A stretch of 64,000 bases of DNA from assembly GCA_964304625.1 (NCBI GenBank), contig OZ199840.1:209309-273308 (forward strand). The letters run 5' to 3'. This stretch comes from Kudoa neothunni. Taxonomy: Eukaryota; Animalia; Cnidaria. Shown piece after piece: positions 26,853 to 38,790 of the stretch (the first letter of the stretch is position 1; each line of letters begins with the position of its first letter). The position numbers were made by a program, and so were the translations under genes. The notes below the pieces were generated by a model, which saw only the letters and a program-made list of their open reading frames with translations, did no database searches and was not told where the DNA came from.

Positions 26853-27514
26853 GGTTGACAACTAAATGCACTACCAATTGATGGTTCGGAATACAATTGA
26901 TCCGAATTTCACTCATGTGGATATAATGATTCATTCATTGTCAGATATATAAAACATATACTAGATAATAATTATTCAAATTATTAAAAAATTAATCTAA
27001 ACTAATTTTTTGCCATAAACTCAAATTGGTGTGATAAATTAATTATGACTTTTAATGGGACCAAAAGTGCTTCCATGGTACATTGTTTTTAGGGAAATAT
27101 CGAAGTAAAATGTTAAGTTTTAGAAAAAATAATGACTCAATTATTTATTAAAGTAGGTAAGTATTTAGCGGTAATGGCGTACTTACCGGTTATCAAAATT
27201 CGACATGATGTCGCGACTTTATACGAGATATAGTTTATTCACTCCAAAAAGTTGCAGCTTACAAAAATAGCTCAATTTTTTTGTTTCTAATGTTTCCTAA
27301 ATTCAAAGCCATAATTTCCTATGAGTGATATTAATCACTTTTACAATACTATCTTAGGTATTGTTTTCCAATTTTAACATATTTAAATAAACGTTTTTGT
27401 TAACTTATTCTATTTAATTACTAAAAAAACAATTTTTGAAATATGTAGAATCTATTTATTTGCAGATTTGATCAATCAAAAATGAATCGTTTTACTCTGG
27501 AAATGTTGACAATA

Positions 27515-28471
27515 CAGTCGAGATTGAATATTACGTGATTTGGCCTTTCGTAATTTAAGATTTTCATTTTGATAATAATTAAGTTTGAATTTAATTTTCA
27601 AATATTATCATAATCACGATTAATAAGTTCTTAATTTCAAAAAAACATAAATAATATTGTTTCTATATGCCCATGTCTCAGTATTGCGGTAACGAAAAAA
27701 TCAACATGACTGGATATTGCGTGATTTTATCTTCAATATGTGGTGGAAACAGCATGATAATTCTACGAAAATCGGAATAATGCAGTATTTCAATTGAATA
27801 AAAACTATAAAAGATACCAAGAAAATGACGGTTGAGAAATTTAAACTTAGTGGTATAGTTAGTTTAATTCTATTCTTAATATTTATCTCCAGGGACATTC
27901 AATTCTTGGCAGGATTTCTTTCTCATGAAACCGAACTAAAAAATTCATACGTTACAAGGGATAGGAAGATGCATCCAAATGGAAGATTCATCAACAAAGA
28001 TGAAGAAGCTTCTCAATGGTTTATCAATAACCGCACGAATGGTTACATTATTTATGGAGACCATTCTTGAAATGGTACCATCATTGAAAAAATGGACGAC
28101 GTTTAAAATTTTACAGCAAGTAAGGAAGGGTTAGGGGAGTTTAAAAAAAGATTAGAATTCATTCGTAAACATTTTCACCGTGAAGCTGAAAGCATTATCC
28201 TTATATCTATTGATTTGTGGATTTATGAAAATAAAAATTGGATATACACGAATATCCAAGAGACAATAAATATTGATAAAACTTCTTTTTTTTTGTTAAC
28301 AGTTACAGAACAACAGTAATGTATTAAAAGAAGAAAATGACATAAAGATAAAAAACTTTAAAAAAAGAGTATCGATTTTGGTATCATGCTCTAAAAGTTG
28401 AGAAACATTTCCTTTATTCATAATCGGAAAACGTCAAAATCCTACTTGTTTCAGAGGGTTCAAAATTTACC
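27515..28471 (+). mobile_element. pogo/Tigger relic truncated by a piggyBac insertion
   Basis: TA|CAGTCGAG start. CENP-B HTH-like DEEASQWFINNR, FTASKEGL, FHREAES, FIIGKRQNPTCFRG. Confidence 0.7.
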
Positions 28472-28475
28472 TTAA

Positions 28476-30700
28476 CCCTCGCGGGACGGTGTGGGGTTCA
28501 CGCGGACCCCAATTTTTGTATTTTTGTGTTTACGCTTCGCTTTATGAATGAAAAAATTTTTTAATCCCGTGAACTCCAAACGAGGGTATCAATTTTTTTT
28601 ATGTTCCTTTTAAAGTTTTTTTTATTTAAAATTAATCGAAATAAACTTACTTCTTTCGTTCATGTTTTGATAAAAGGGGTTATTTAGTTAGCCCTATTAA
28701 TTGAGATTAATATATAAAATAAAATCATTAATGAAACTTCATTAAACATGTGTTTAATTATATTTTAAATCAGTATGCTTGTATTTTCTATCATTTTATA
28801 TTATCGCCGACAAATACCGATAAATATGCCCATAAATTATTGAAGAATGATAGGCTTAAATTTAAATCCACGTTGTTTGTGTACAATATAAGTAAATTAT
28901 TAGTTATTGTTTTTTTAATTAAACTCGAATAGAAAAATGTCAAAAGAATATTCTGATGATTTATTAAGTGATCCTGTTGAGAATGATGAAATTGACAGCG
29001 ATCTTAATTTTGAGGGACCGCTATCTGATATTTCAGATTGCGATGATATTGTAGAAACAGTGGATTCCTCATCTTGCAACGAAGATAATGAAGATTTAGA
29101 AAATTTAATGAAAATTTCTAACCCCAGCATTGGATTCAAATGGAGTTGCAGTGAAAAAATGAGGAGGAGAAAACAAAAGCAACAATCTAGACTTGCCAAA
29201 ACCTGGACTTAAAGAGGAGTCTAAAAATTTACAAACGATTATGGAAACATTATCTCTATTTTTTCGAGTATCATGTTGGAAAAAATATTATATTTTACCA
29301 ATAAGTACTTCCTATCGAATGAAAAATATAGCGATAAGGATACCATAACAATGGAAGAGACGAAGGCTTTTATTGGAATCATGGTCATATCTTGCAGATG
29401 TATTGGAGCCAAATTATCACGAAAAAATCTTTGGGATTTGAATCCGTTGTTCAAACATCATTTTTTCGATGGCTATATCGAGGGATCGTTTTTTGTCAGA
29501 TATACAGAAAGATTCGTTCTGATGATCGACTCACGAGAGCATCAAGAATGAGAACATCTGGCAACAAATTTGAGGCAATGCAAGCAATCTTCGACGATTT
29601 AAATTCCTCGTTCACGCGGAATTATTCACCAGGTACACATATAACTGTAGATAAAAGAATGATTTCATTTCGCGGAAGGTGCCCTTTTCGTATTTACATG
29701 AAGAATAACCCGATCGCTTCGGGATGAAGTTGTGGGTGGCTTCAGATGTGGATACATCATACCTATTAAATACCCAACCTTACATTAGTAAAGTTAAGGT
29801 ATCAGAGAGAAAAACCAAGGGGAACTAGTCGTCAAGGATTTAGTTTCTCCTTATTATTGAGGTCATCGTGGTATAACGACTAATAGCTTTTTTACAACCG
29901 TTCCTCTAGCCTTATTTTTTACTAAAAAATGATTTAATTCTGACTGGAACTATGCGGAAAAATAACCGATATATTCACAAAATATTCTTAGAGTGAAAGA
30001 TCGTGATGAAAATTCCTCAATGTTTTGCTTCTCCGATGACTTAACCATAGTTTCATATGTTCCCAAGAAAACAGAAATATCATTTTATTATCAACAGAGT
30101 TCCACGGTAGTGCCATCGAAAGAGGTGATAAAAAAGACCTGAACTTATCGTTTATTACAATCACACAAAAGGGGCAGTTGACAATGGAGACCGGATGACC
30201 AAATTTCAGGGCTGTTATAGAAGAACCAATGGTTGGTCATTCCATGTTTTCATGGATCTGATCGATATATCTGCGTTTAATGCACATTTTATATGGACAA
30301 CCAGATTTCCTAATTGGCATTCGAACGATCGCAGTCGACGTCAAACCTTCCTTCGAGAATTAGGGATTCAACTGGTCACCTCTAACGTATTGCGTCTTCA
30401 AGAAACCATTACTAGGTACAATTCAGATTTAAAATACGGATTCAAAATGTTTAATAGCCATTTCTCCAATTCCAACACAAATATGCAAAATGGTTCAACA
30501 TTATCTAAAAAGGGACGATGAGTATATTTGACCACGTAAAATGGACAGGAAAACCAAAACAAAATGTTCTTCTTGTAACGAGACAATTTGCTCACTTCAT
30601 AAAACCCAGAAAATTATAATCATTTGCCCAAACTGTCAAGATGATTTGAGTGTTAAGTTGATTGTTGAATTATTATCCTGTCTAACGATGGTTAAATATA
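28476..30700 (+). mobile_element. Degenerate piggyBac transposon (possible right end at 34664)
   Basis: TTAA|CCCTCGCGGGACGG. Fragments ITVDKRMISFRGRCPFRIYMK, YNHTKGAVD, WSFHVFMDLIDISAFNA. The subterminal GGGGT..GGACCCC palindrome recurs at 34604-34622 before GAGTG|TTAA. Confidence 0.88.
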
Positions 30701-32689
30701 TTTTATATTGACTCATTCTTTTACTGCATTATAAAAAAATATTTTTAACTGGCGCAAAAGCCCCGTTTCGCGAAGGCTTCCTTGACTAGCCAAGTAGGCT
30801 AAAACCTGGCGCAGAATAAAGCCTTGTTGATTTTAAGTAAATAGAGCTAATGCCAAGCTTTGCCTGATACTGTGAGATGGAAAATTTTAAATTTTAGTTT
30901 TATTTCTGAATTTAGAAATTCTTCGATTAAATTAATTTAATTAGCATGTTAATCCCTGTAAATTCTATTTTTCTATTTTAATTGATACACTTTGAAGCTT
31001 GTCATTATTCTTGCAATGTGATGATTTAGTTAAACAAAATGATGCGCACATTTTCCATTCAAATATAAATAGAGGTATCGAGAGAAATTAATTAGTATTT
31101 TTAAGTTTATTTTACAAATTATTGACTAAAAATATAATGAACTTAGTTTTATGAGCAATTTAATTAACGATTAAAGTTCATTTATTCATTAAACAAAATC
31201 ATTACATAACTTAAAATGGGACTTCCAGTTCCTATTAAAATCTTTCGATAAAAATTAATCCTTCTAGTTATAAAATTTATTATTAGTCTACAAACGATAA
31301 AAAAAATAAAATCGACCTAAGGTGCGTCAGAAATAAAAATATTAATTATTACTCCTTTTTTGAAATTTTATAAAGGATGTTAATGATATTTTAAAAAGCT
31401 GTGAGTGGTAACTTACGTCTTCATTAATTTAACATAATTTCCCGATTTTTAAATAAATGAAACCTTTCTTTTTACTATAAATACTTACTGATTCAAATAT
31501 ATACAAATTTAATTAACTAAATAAGATTAAATCTAAAATGTAAAGGTGTTTTTGGTTTGAAAAATTATCGTTATGCTTAAATATCAACTGGTTTTCTCAA
31601 AGGAGTGTACCTTTTTAAAATAAACGTACTGTATAATTGGCCCAAAAAAAATTTCTTCGTATTCATCTATTCTTAGTTTAACGAAAACTTTGTGACAGTA
31701 TCGGTTAGATCGATCGGACCAATAATTTCTTATTAACTTACATGACACGTATTGAGAGTGGACTGTATATTTTTCAAAGTGATCATGAATATAAATTCTT
31801 AAACTACATATAGAATGATGTATCGCGTATTTTCATGCAATTTTTATATTATAATGAATAGAAAATTATATATTGATTCGAATATTAACCTTAAGGTTTG
31901 GGGGTAAGGAATAATTAGGTTACTAAGAACTTAAACATAATTTAAAGTTATCTCATCAAATATAAACATAAAGAATTAGTTTTTGCCTGCTGTTTTACAA
32001 GAAAGCTTAGGAAAACCAAAAAATGAGTAAAAACTTATCGAAATGATGAATATAATTTCACATTTAATCGAATGTTTGATTAACATAAATTTTCACATCT
32101 CAGGAATTTTAATGAAGCATAATTTTCATTTAAGAAGGTATCACAAAAATTTAATTATTTGAAAACTGTACTTACTTCTTACATGGTTTTTAGAATGCGT
32201 ATAGAGACTCAATTATTCCAACATGGCTACAACTTAAATCTCGAATTATGCGTTTTATTTAAAATGATCATAATTTTTTTCGCTTGACTATATCCATAAA
32301 GCTTGAAAAATGAAGATATGTCCTAAATAATTTGGTTTCGCTTCAAATTTTAAGGGAAATGCAGCATTTCTTGTAAATTTGGCTCTAATGTCATTATCTG
32401 TCTTAAAATTACTCCAAACATATGTAACATTTCTAAACATTATACATCATATTTAGCAGATTCTCTTTGTATAAAATGAGTAAAAGTTCATTTTAACTGA
32501 GTATCACTTTGAAGTAAATAAATCTCAATATTATGCAGTTGCCTTTTAATCTGGTAATTGATGTAAACAGCCAGAAAATTCCTTACTTCTGATAACGATA
32601 TGGATCCTATTCATATTTCTAAGTAAATTAACGGTTTTTGTTAATGGTATCATCTATTCAAATGCGAATTAAAAGCTGTATTTAAAAAG

Positions 32690-32770
32690 TTTCTCCGTTG
32701 CACATACGCACTCGTGGACACACGCACAGACAGACACACTGGCAGATAAAGGATTTTATATATATAGATG
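32690..32770 (-). mobile_element. Possible Helitron-like 5' end with (GTCT/GT) microsatellite
   Basis: Minus strand reads A|TCTATATATATAAAATCC...GTGTGTCTGTCTGTGCGTGTG. A Helitron-like 3' hairpin plus TAGT also occurs at ~34677-34709 on the plus strand, so it would belong to a different copy. Confidence 0.35.
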
Positions 32771-33194
32771 TGAAACAAAAATAATTGATTTGTTGTTACA
32801 TGCTGCAACTTTTTAGAGTGAAAGAATTATATCCAAGGAAAAGTCGGACGAAAAAAATCACAACATCATTCCGAATTTTGGTAGCCGATAAGTACACCAT
32901 CGCCATTACCGTAGATATATTATTCGAATTATTTACTAAATAAAATACCATAGAAATAAAACTAGAAATACAATCATATTCCAAAGTAACGTATAAACAT
33001 GTAATCTGGCACATTCCCAAGTAAGACATAATCTTAATTATTGACCGTTTATGCATAATTCAAAAGATGAACTTTCCTCATATATTTTCTGTCGGTACTA
33101 ACTTTTATTTTAGAAAAATTTCATGAAATAAAAATGCGAAATACATTTTTACCTAATTTTTATTTGGAGGGTATAGATTTTTCAGCTATTAAGA

Positions 33195-34277
33195 GGGTTA
33201 AAGTTTAGAATGTCCCCGACCGTCGGGAAAATTCCGGAAGACACATCTAATGATCCTCGAATAATGTTACCTCTCATTTATACTGCCGAGAATTTAAGCA
33301 ACCTCATTTTTGAGGGTATTCGTTATTTTAAAAACAATCAAACCGATTTGGTTGATTTTTTATAAAATATATATCTTCCCCGAGATGGAGAGCCTGTGAC
33401 TGTGGCGCTACAATGAGACTTACTTCAGAAAAAAAGTGTCGACGCATTTAGTTGTAATGTTACGTTAAAATATGCCAAAAAGAAAAATAAATTAGATTTG
33501 GGTCATTGTTTTACCAGTCAAAGCTACCATTATATAAGATATTGAAGATAATATATTTTTGGAGCAAAGGAGCTTGTAATCAAGAGTTTTTGATGGAACA
33601 ATGTGACATTAAATCTATTAAAATAGCTTTTGATTGGAAAAACTTTATGCGAGATATTCGCTTAAATTATTTTATTCGTAATCCAATAAAAATTGGGGCC
33701 TGGAATAAGTGTGCAGATTGACAAGGGTCAAATCTGTAGAAGAAAATTCGGAATAGGGAGAGTCTTAGAAAGTTAAAGCATATGGATAATTCGAGGCGTG
33801 GATGAATATAGAAAGATTTTTATGGTCGAAACCGAAAAAAGGGACGATTTGACTCTTGGAAATATTATCAGTACCTATACCGGAAGAGGATCCATCATCC
33901 ACTCCGATGGATGGCGTGGCTACAACTCACTAAGTGCTCTAGGTTATATTCGCGAAATTGTAATCCATAAAAAAGAGTTTGTGTCGTCCGAAGGTGTCCA
34001 TACCAATCGAATCGAAGGTATATGGAGCGCGTTCAAATGAAAATATCGAAGCATCACCAATATACAAAAATCTATGATATCATCGTATATAGCTGAGTGG
34101 TGCTTCAGAAAAGTCCATAAGACCGCAATGTTAGAACTGGTTTTTGACGCTATAAATTTAATTTATAATTTTTATTAAAAATGTTGCAATTATTAGTAAA
34201 ATAATTAATTGTGTGGATCGGGTGTTTTTGATAATCGAATTTTTCCCGATGGTTAGGGACATTCTAAACTTTAACCC
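33195..34277 (+). mobile_element. Merlin (IS1016/IS1595-like) DNA transposon, degenerate
   Basis: About 40-bp TIRs GGGTTAAAGTTTAGAATGTCCC... Transposase VQID..IIHSDGWRGYNSL..VIHKKEFV..GVHTNRIEGIWS. Confidence 0.9.
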
Positions 34278-35017
34278 TAATGGTTAATAAAAACTAGCCA
34301 ATTTTAATAATTAATTAACGATTATTTTTTGTATTGTATATTGAGTTACTTGTGAAGCTGTATAAATAATTTTCTTTTACACATATTTTATTATGATTTA
34401 TTAATTTATATTGTTACGAGTATGAAAACTAACAAAAAATCCAATATATACGTAAGATAAGCAGAGTTTGGATGATCGGGAGTGATCGGAAGGTATCGTC
34501 CACCAGTAATCTTAGATTTTTTCCTTGTTCATTCGATAGAATTATTTGTTATTAGAAAATATGAACCAGTATGATTTTATAAACTAAAATAAATAATAAA
34601 AAGTGGGGTCCATTGGACCCCAATAACGAAATGGTGCGTAGGCGATTTTAACGTGCTTGGAGTGTTAAATTAGCCCATTCCCGTGCGGAGCCGGTGTTTT
34701 CACTTTAGTATAATAATAAAGATTAATACACAATTGAGTTGTTCCTCACTTAATTATCCTTTATCGCAAAAAGTTAGCCTTACTAGTTATAGAGCTTATT
34801 CATGGTGAACAAATAATATTCCGCGATTTATTCTTCTAAGTAATTTCAAATATACTGAGATATGTATTCATTTACAATTATAATTATGATTTTGAGCTAA
34901 TTATTTTCACCACATTTCTTTAAAAAGCTAAATTAAAATAATATATTTTGAGCTTATTAAACGTCAAACATTTTGTTACGATAAAAATGGACGGGAATAT
35001 GAGAGTAAATATAATAC

Positions 35018-38000
35018 AATCGGTGACGGGTCGTGGGCACCTGTCATGATTTGATTAGTTTTAAATGAGAGTTCGTACAATTTTACGACTCGTGGGCACT
35101 AAGCTCGAGAAAAAAGTCGCTCAAATGATGGGTCGTGAACACTTGAAGAGAACCAAATAGTTCGTTCCCAGAAAGATAGAGTGGGTATACAGTAATGGAC
35201 CGGTCGTACGTAACACCGCTCGTAGGTACATTAATTATTTTACATATTAAAAGCTTCTCTCGAATTTAAAATGATTTAAAAATGATTTAATGTCATTATT
35301 AGTCGCTTTAAATAATTTATAAGCATAATTAGTAAGATAAAATGAAAAATAAAGAGCCGCGTGAGGACCGGTCGTACGTATCTTTTTGTTTTGACCGCAT
35401 TATTAATTTAAGCGTTTTCTTTCTTTTTATCACGATTAAACAATTAACAAGTTTTTATGGTTACATCAATGTGGTAGCTAGTTGAAAAATGAAGGATAAA
35501 CCCTGAAACATGTCGTAGATACGTAGTAGTGTGTTTATAAGGATGTCCTGTCTAATTCGTAGAAATAACAATATCGCCATGACGGTCCCTCCCCAATAAT
35601 TCAGAAACGAATGGTGATTTTATTGAACAAAAATTGAGCCTTTCAGAGATAGCCTTATTTTATTTAGAGGGACTTGGCAACTATTTTAAATATCATGGCT
35701 CAAAATAGTAGAAGTTAATGTCTGGATCTATTCCAGATGTTTATTAATCTTTAAATCGTAAAAAAAACAAAAAAAACAATTGTCCTTTCATTAATATTTA
35801 AGTTATAGCTAGTTTTGTGTTTCAATATTTTTTATGCGTTTGCGCAAAAAATACGTACTATCCGGCCGGGACCAGTAGTATGTACAATTTCCTCATCCCC
35901 AAGGGGATTACCTACGACCGATCCATTACTGTAATCCAATATTATGAGAGAATATCAAATGAGAAAAACAGCAAAACAAAAATCCTCGATTATTTTAACT
36001 TAAAAGCTCTGTCCTCATTGAATAGGATTTTGAATAATAAAGAATGTATAATGAAGGCTCATAATGAAGAAAAAACTACAAAAATCTGAAAAACATTAAA
36101 AAAAGGTTATATCGATACGCTAGACCAACAAGTAAACAATTGGATTGAAGTCATGAGAGCGAAAAATGTGGAAATCTCCGCGGATGACATAATGGAAAAA
36201 GCTAATACTTTGTTCCCTAATGATTCTAATGTTTTGAAGATATTGTCTTCTAGTTGGTTTTGAAGATTTTAAAATTGTTTTGGAATAAAAAGAACTAAAT
36301 TCCATGGCGAAGCAAAAATCGTGGACATTAACGTAACTGAGGATTGGAAACTTCATCTCAACGAAATATTAGAATCTTAGGAGCCTGATAGCATATTCAA
36401 CCTTGATGAAAGCGAACCATTTTATCAAAAAAGAAGACTTATTATTTTTACGGCTAAATTATTCTAATTCATTTGATAGAGAGTGGTTATGTTTTACCGT
36501 TCGAAGACAATATCGAAGGAACAAAAGTGTCGAAAAAAAGAATTATCATAGTTCTTACATGTTCAATGACAGGCGAAAAATTAACACCATTAATAATCGG
36601 GAATTATGCTAAGCCTAGATGTTTAAATGGTATAAAGGAATATGCTACTTTATATAAAGCAAATTCGAAAGCATGGATGACTTCCCAATTATTTACTGAT
36701 TACCTGATATCAGTTGGGACAAAAAACTCATTAATTCAAATAGAAAAGTTATTCTATTTAACGACAATTGTCCAGTACATTCCAGCTTAACATTATCAAA
36801 TATTACATTATATTTTTTCCCAGTGAATTTCACCAATGTGTTACATCTACTGGACCAAGGTATTATTCACAGTTTCAAAGTTTAATACCGGAATTATCGG
36901 ATGAATTCAATTATGTACCAAATAGAATCCAAATGTTAAAAGTCAAATTGCCAGATATAATGGATGAGATGGTCATCGTTAAAAAATCTTGGGAATCGGT
37001 CACGACAAGTACTATTAGTAACTTTTCCAATAAGGCTGTGGCGGATGATCCACCTATTAACTTAACATTTGGAGATTATAATCACGTGTAGTTGGTCATT
37101 AGTTAAATGTCTTCAAGGTCTATGGCGCACTTAGCTAGTAGTGACAAAGACTATTTTTTTATTTCGAAACAACTACTGAGGAAATATCAGTAAACGAAAT
37201 GTGTACACTTTGCGGAGAAGACAATCTCGTGTGCCGATAACCAAAAACAGGAGAAAATACATCTCCTATGAAAAATCTGACGTAGAAGATGAAACTTTCA
37301 ATGAAGCACTATTTCTACGAATGAAGCATTGCTTTCTTTGAGTAAAATGTACACATTTTTCAAAAAACACAATCCTTAAATGTTATGTACGGTAGTTGAT
37401 CTTCAAACGGCGATTTACGATTAAGAAAGTCAGAGTTATGCCAGTCGAAAATTATTGATATTTTCTAATAAAAATCAAATTAATAAATATGTTGAAAGTT
37501 TTTAGTTGTATTTTATGTAGTACATCATTTAATTTTGTGAGTTTTATGCGTATCATTATATATTTAATTGGCACTGGTTACTAACTCTTACTCCTCCTTC
37601 TTTTTGGCACGTGGGATTATTAATTTGTTATGTAACGTTTTTTTACGATAAAACTATTCATAAAGGTAGTTTTCCGCTTGTATCTATTTAAAATCACCCA
37701 ACACTTATGAAAATAAAAAAATAACTTTGATTTCCTTCATTACATTGAAATCGGGATTGTGAATTGTATTTATTATTTTTAAATTTTTGATGGGCAGCAT
37801 TAATGTTATCACTACGTTATCTAAATAATTTTTTTTCTACAAATTAAAGTCCCGGATGGATTAAATTAATCGCACTTAACCTTGAAATCATTGTCATAAG
37901 AAGATTTATATGTATTAAATATATTTTTGATTATAAGGGAAAAAATAATGATAAATAAGAGTGAGTAAATTGCAAGAGCCAAATTAAAATTCTTCTTTGT

Positions 38001-38053
38001 TCGCATGCGCCATGACGGCTCGAGGATATTTGACAGGTCGTGGGCACCTACTG
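35018..38053 (+). mobile_element. pogo/Tigger transposon, degenerate
   Basis: HTH plus KFHGEA, IFNLDES, VSKKRIIIVLTCSMTGEKLTPLIIGNYAKPRCL..YKANSKAWMTSQLF. The TCGTGGGCAC motif occurs near both ends and the right end is ..ACTG|TA. Boundaries approximate. Confidence 0.85.
35190..35931. mobile_element. Tc1/pogo-type MITE nested in the 5' end of the Tigger ORF
   Basis: TA|CAGTAATGGACCGGTCGTACGTAA ... TTACCTACGACCGATCCATTACTG|TA. Removing it rejoins QKDRVG/IIQYYE. Confidence 0.88.
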
Positions 38054-38639
38054 TATAAATATTAAGATAGTATATATGGCAAATAAATGTATTTATTATT
38101 AATGCTGAATAAAAAAAATCGTATCTATACAACACTTCGTATTATAAATGCTGTAGTCTATTATATTGATGATTTTGTAGTCTGACCTTTATATTTTTAT
38201 TTAATAACTTCACATATGGTTTTATATAAATTTTTTTGGTATTTGACCTAAAATTAAATGCAGCTATTATATGTGGAAGTAAATTTATGAAGTAATTATT
38301 GTAGAATAATTAGGAATTATTATTTAATATCTTTTTGGTTACAATAGAAAAATTACGCAGCTAATATTTTTCGGAATCCTTCCGCATTGTTACAATAATC
38401 ATAATAGACATATGTTAATTAAGACATAAGATTTTGATGTCTTGGGGAACCGATTCATTTAAGAAATGATGAGAAAAATACTAAATTCTCTTTAGAATAA
38501 ATAGTATTACCATTATTTTGTTAAAGCTTAATATTTTACTTCGATGTTATCCAAAAAAACATTGAATCGTGGAAAAACTTTAAATTTCATTAAAAGTTCT
38601 AAATAATCCAACACATTGATATAAGCTAAACGGCAACAA

Positions 38640-38790
38640 TATGGTTAAGACTAATTTTTTAATAACTTGAATAATTATTATCTAGTCTAAGTTTTGCTAT
38701 CTGACAATGAATAAATCATAATATCCATAAATGAAATTTTGGTCAATTGTATTCCGAACCATCAATCGGTATTTCACTTAATTGTCAACC
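38640..38790 (+). promoter_or_regulatory. Conserved upstream region shared by all five paralogues
   Basis: GTCAATTGTATTCCGAACCATCAAT(T/C)GGTA..TAATTGTCAACC-ATG and TGACAATGAAT..ATCA are conserved upstream of A-E. Function not shown. Confidence 0.5.

Noticed and set aside
35025-35145. Three spaced TCGTG(G/A)(G/A)CAC repeats resembling a CRISPR array
   Set aside because: They are 10-bp imperfect motifs with irregular spacing at a Tigger end in eukaryotic DNA, and no cas genes are present.
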